From Hydrolagus colliei (lineage: Eukaryota): 64,000 nucleotides of DNA. Below the pieces are notes generated by a model. That model was not told the DNA's origin, did no database searches, and saw only the letters and a list, made by a program, of their open reading frames with translations. The position numbers and the translations under genes were made by a program. The stretch covers positions 21,576,001-21,640,000 of the forward strand of contig CM068742.1 of NCBI GenBank assembly GCA_035084275.1, given 5' to 3'. Shown here piece after piece: positions 61,541 through 64,000 of the stretch. How positions within the stretch are numbered: the stretch's first letter is position 1; the number at the start of each line of letters is the position of its first letter.

Positions 61541-63694
61541 ATGGTCTTTAATTGGTTCAAAATGGTTTGAAGGCTATCTTCTGCCTTGAGCAATAAAGAG
61601 GTCAGTAATTGCTCAAGCCTTGTTGGCAAACTTTGTAGCTATCATTCCTGTGCTGGGGAGTTTTGAGGCCCCATAACTCCATTGTTCCCACAGAGAGGAA
61701 GTTGACAGATTGTAATGAATTCAATTTAACTATAAAACAATGTACAGCTGCATAACAAAATGGAATCCATCCAAAAGTTATGATTTAAGTTTGTTAAAAT
61801 CTGTTATTTCTTGATTTCAAATTGTGATATGTTGATATTGTTCAAACTTTACTGTTGGATTGTTGGTTTAAGTGTTAAACCTGAAGTGAAAATTGAAGCC
61901 CAGCTGAGAGGTAGCAACAAAATGACTACTTTAAAGTAACATAACTTGCTTATATATTATTCCCGCATTTTAATTTTACAAATTAAAATTACGTTTAATT
62001 GGTCTTAAAATTGGATTTTTCCCAATTTCCACTTATCCTGTCACCAATGAAAATGTCACTTTCTCATGGAAAACTTGAGGTTTGTCTGGAGGCTTGCTTA
62101 TGCAGCAGTGGGCAGAGAATAGAGAAATTGGAACATGCTGTATAAATCCTTTCCAAATTAAACTTGCAAGTAGTTTTTAGTTACAATACATTATGCTCAA
62201 AGCTATTTATTGATTAAAAGAAACATACTGATCTATTTTTTTTAAAGAAAGTGTTGGATAATAATAATAATCCTTTAATTTGATATAGCACCCTATCATG
62301 AATTGAGATATTTCAAAACGCTTCACAGAATAAAGCCATAACTACAAGGATCTGGCAAACCAAATCCCTCGGTATTTGGTTTGCCTGTTCCTTGTAGTTA
62401 TGGCTTTACAATTAATTAGATTTGGGAATTGGGTTGTCCATTGGAAAATGTAATTTAATACAGACAAATAGCAGAGTATAGTGATAAAATTGGGAAACAG
62501 AATAAACATAATAATGATCTTTGCATTTGATACAGCGCATTTCATACATGGAGGACGTCTTGAAGTGTCACCGCAGTCACTGTAAAATGTAATGACTGTG
62601 TATTGTGTAGATATTAGTCTTCAGTACACAAGATGGCAGAAGGATGTGGTATAGATTAAATTACAGACAGGCAGCATATAAATGATTTAGGTAGGTTAGT
62701 AACAGATATGCTAAAACCAAAGATCAAGATAAAATAGATGTGTTGAAATAGATTTTTCAAAAAAGTCGTGGCTTTTGGGGAACTTTCACAACAAAAGCAG
62801 TTGATTATCTTCTTAAATAAAGAGCTTAGCATTTGACAACAATATTGGAGGATGGAGGATTAGGTAACGACTAAAATAAACAACATTTTATTTGCATTTA
62901 TGTACCACTCTACATGCAAGATAGCATCTTGTAAACAAATTATCCTAGGGACACAGTGAATTCTGTGCTGCTATCAGGCATTTTGTCTGCTCTTCCCCTC
63001 TCCACTCCCCTCCAATAATGTTACTGTAAGGAGAGTGAAAAGAAGGCCAAATGTGGGTAGAGATGGAAGAAAAGTTTAAAGTAATTGGTTGATTGCCTTT
63101 GGGGATCAGAGTGTATTCATATAGAGTGCTGTCACAGGAAACAGTTGTTGATGTAAAATCCATGACAAGGGTAGTTTTTTAGGTGATCTGTGGAATGGGA
63201 GAGCTGAATGGTTTGTTGCTCATTTCTTGCTTTGTTCTGGTCTTTCAAGTTCTTTATTGTTAGGGACTTGATTTAATATGGGTTTTGCATTATGTTAACC
63301 TCAAACTAAACAACGAACGTCTTGGGGAAATCACAGATCTTTCAAACCAGAAACAATATAAAAGACACCAAAATGCAATAATTCTGTTATTATTAAAAAA
63401 AGCTAAGTATTGTACCTTCTGAAACTATGGACTTTACAACAATTGATAACACTAACCACTAAATTCCTATTATATGAAGAATAAGAGAAGATTGAGATTG
63501 CAATTTTGATTGCTTTGAGATTAAAAAAATGGTGCTACATTAGATCCTGAGTTGAAAAATGCATAGCTTTTCAATTTATATTTGCCAAGGTCCTGAGCAT
63601 AGCGACTAATGTTTACTCACAAGTGCCATTTATATTTGATATATTGTCCCAAATGGACAATCTAAATGCCTGAGCACATACAATGGGGTGTTTT

Positions 63695-64000
63695 TGTGTG
63701 CAGTTTTGGTCTCCTTATTTAAAAAAGGACATACTTGCCTTAGAGGGGGTGCAGCGTAGATTCACTAGGTTAGTTCCTGGGATGAGGGGACTGACCTATG
63801 AGGATAGGTTGAATAAACTAAGGCTGTACTCTCTAGAGTACAGAAGAATTAGGGAAGATCTTATTGAAACATATAAGATTCTTAAAGGGATGGATAAAGT
63901 AGACACTGAGGGACTGTTTCCCCTGGTAGGAGAATCTATAACCAGGGGTCACAGTCCTAAAATTAAGGGTCAGCCTTTTAGAACGGAGTTGAGGAAACAT
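63695..64000 (+). mobile_element. Young CR1 LINE 3' fragment (continues past window)
   Basis: CVQFWSPYLKKDILALEGVQRRFTRLVPGMRGLTYEDRL...; nearly identical to the reverse complement of 1941-2243. Confidence 0.92.

Noticed and set aside
38887-64000. CHSY3 terminal exon (MQQLFHENYE...) or other host exons
   Set aside because: No matching frame found; the intron apparently extends beyond the window, consistent with the very large equivalent intron in human.

Overview
Vertebrate genomic DNA, most likely a cartilaginous fish: shark-type IgM constant domains, NLR LRR exons and CR1/L2/Deu-type SINE content point that way (species not determinable here). It has three assembly gaps. Two intact host genes lie on the + strand in the order known from human 5q23.3. 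MINAR2 is complete (three coding exons at 17861-18022, 18569-18811 and 21336-21527; 198 aa). CHSY3 is represented by its first coding exon (37879-38886, 336 codons), followed by an intron that runs past the window end. The first 7 kb holds an orphan, degenerate IgM heavy-chain constant fragment (truncated CH1 plus CH2, minus strand) joined to NLR-type LRR exon pieces. Between about 14.0 and 17.6 kb, ending about 260 bp upstream of the MINAR2 ATG, is the most unusual structure. It is a decayed ORF with an SGNH-hydrolase-like domain and apparent 5'-UTR splice sites, flanked by direct repeats built from degenerate (CCCTAA)n arrays, and best read as an RT-less Penelope-like retroelement derivative. 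The rest is dense repeat: hAT MITEs with exact 8-bp TSDs, a Tigger/pogo remnant and its nested MITEs, CR1 and L2 fragments, tRNA-head SINEs and simple repeats. All family assignments come from by-eye motif recognition and recalled homologues; no database search was run.
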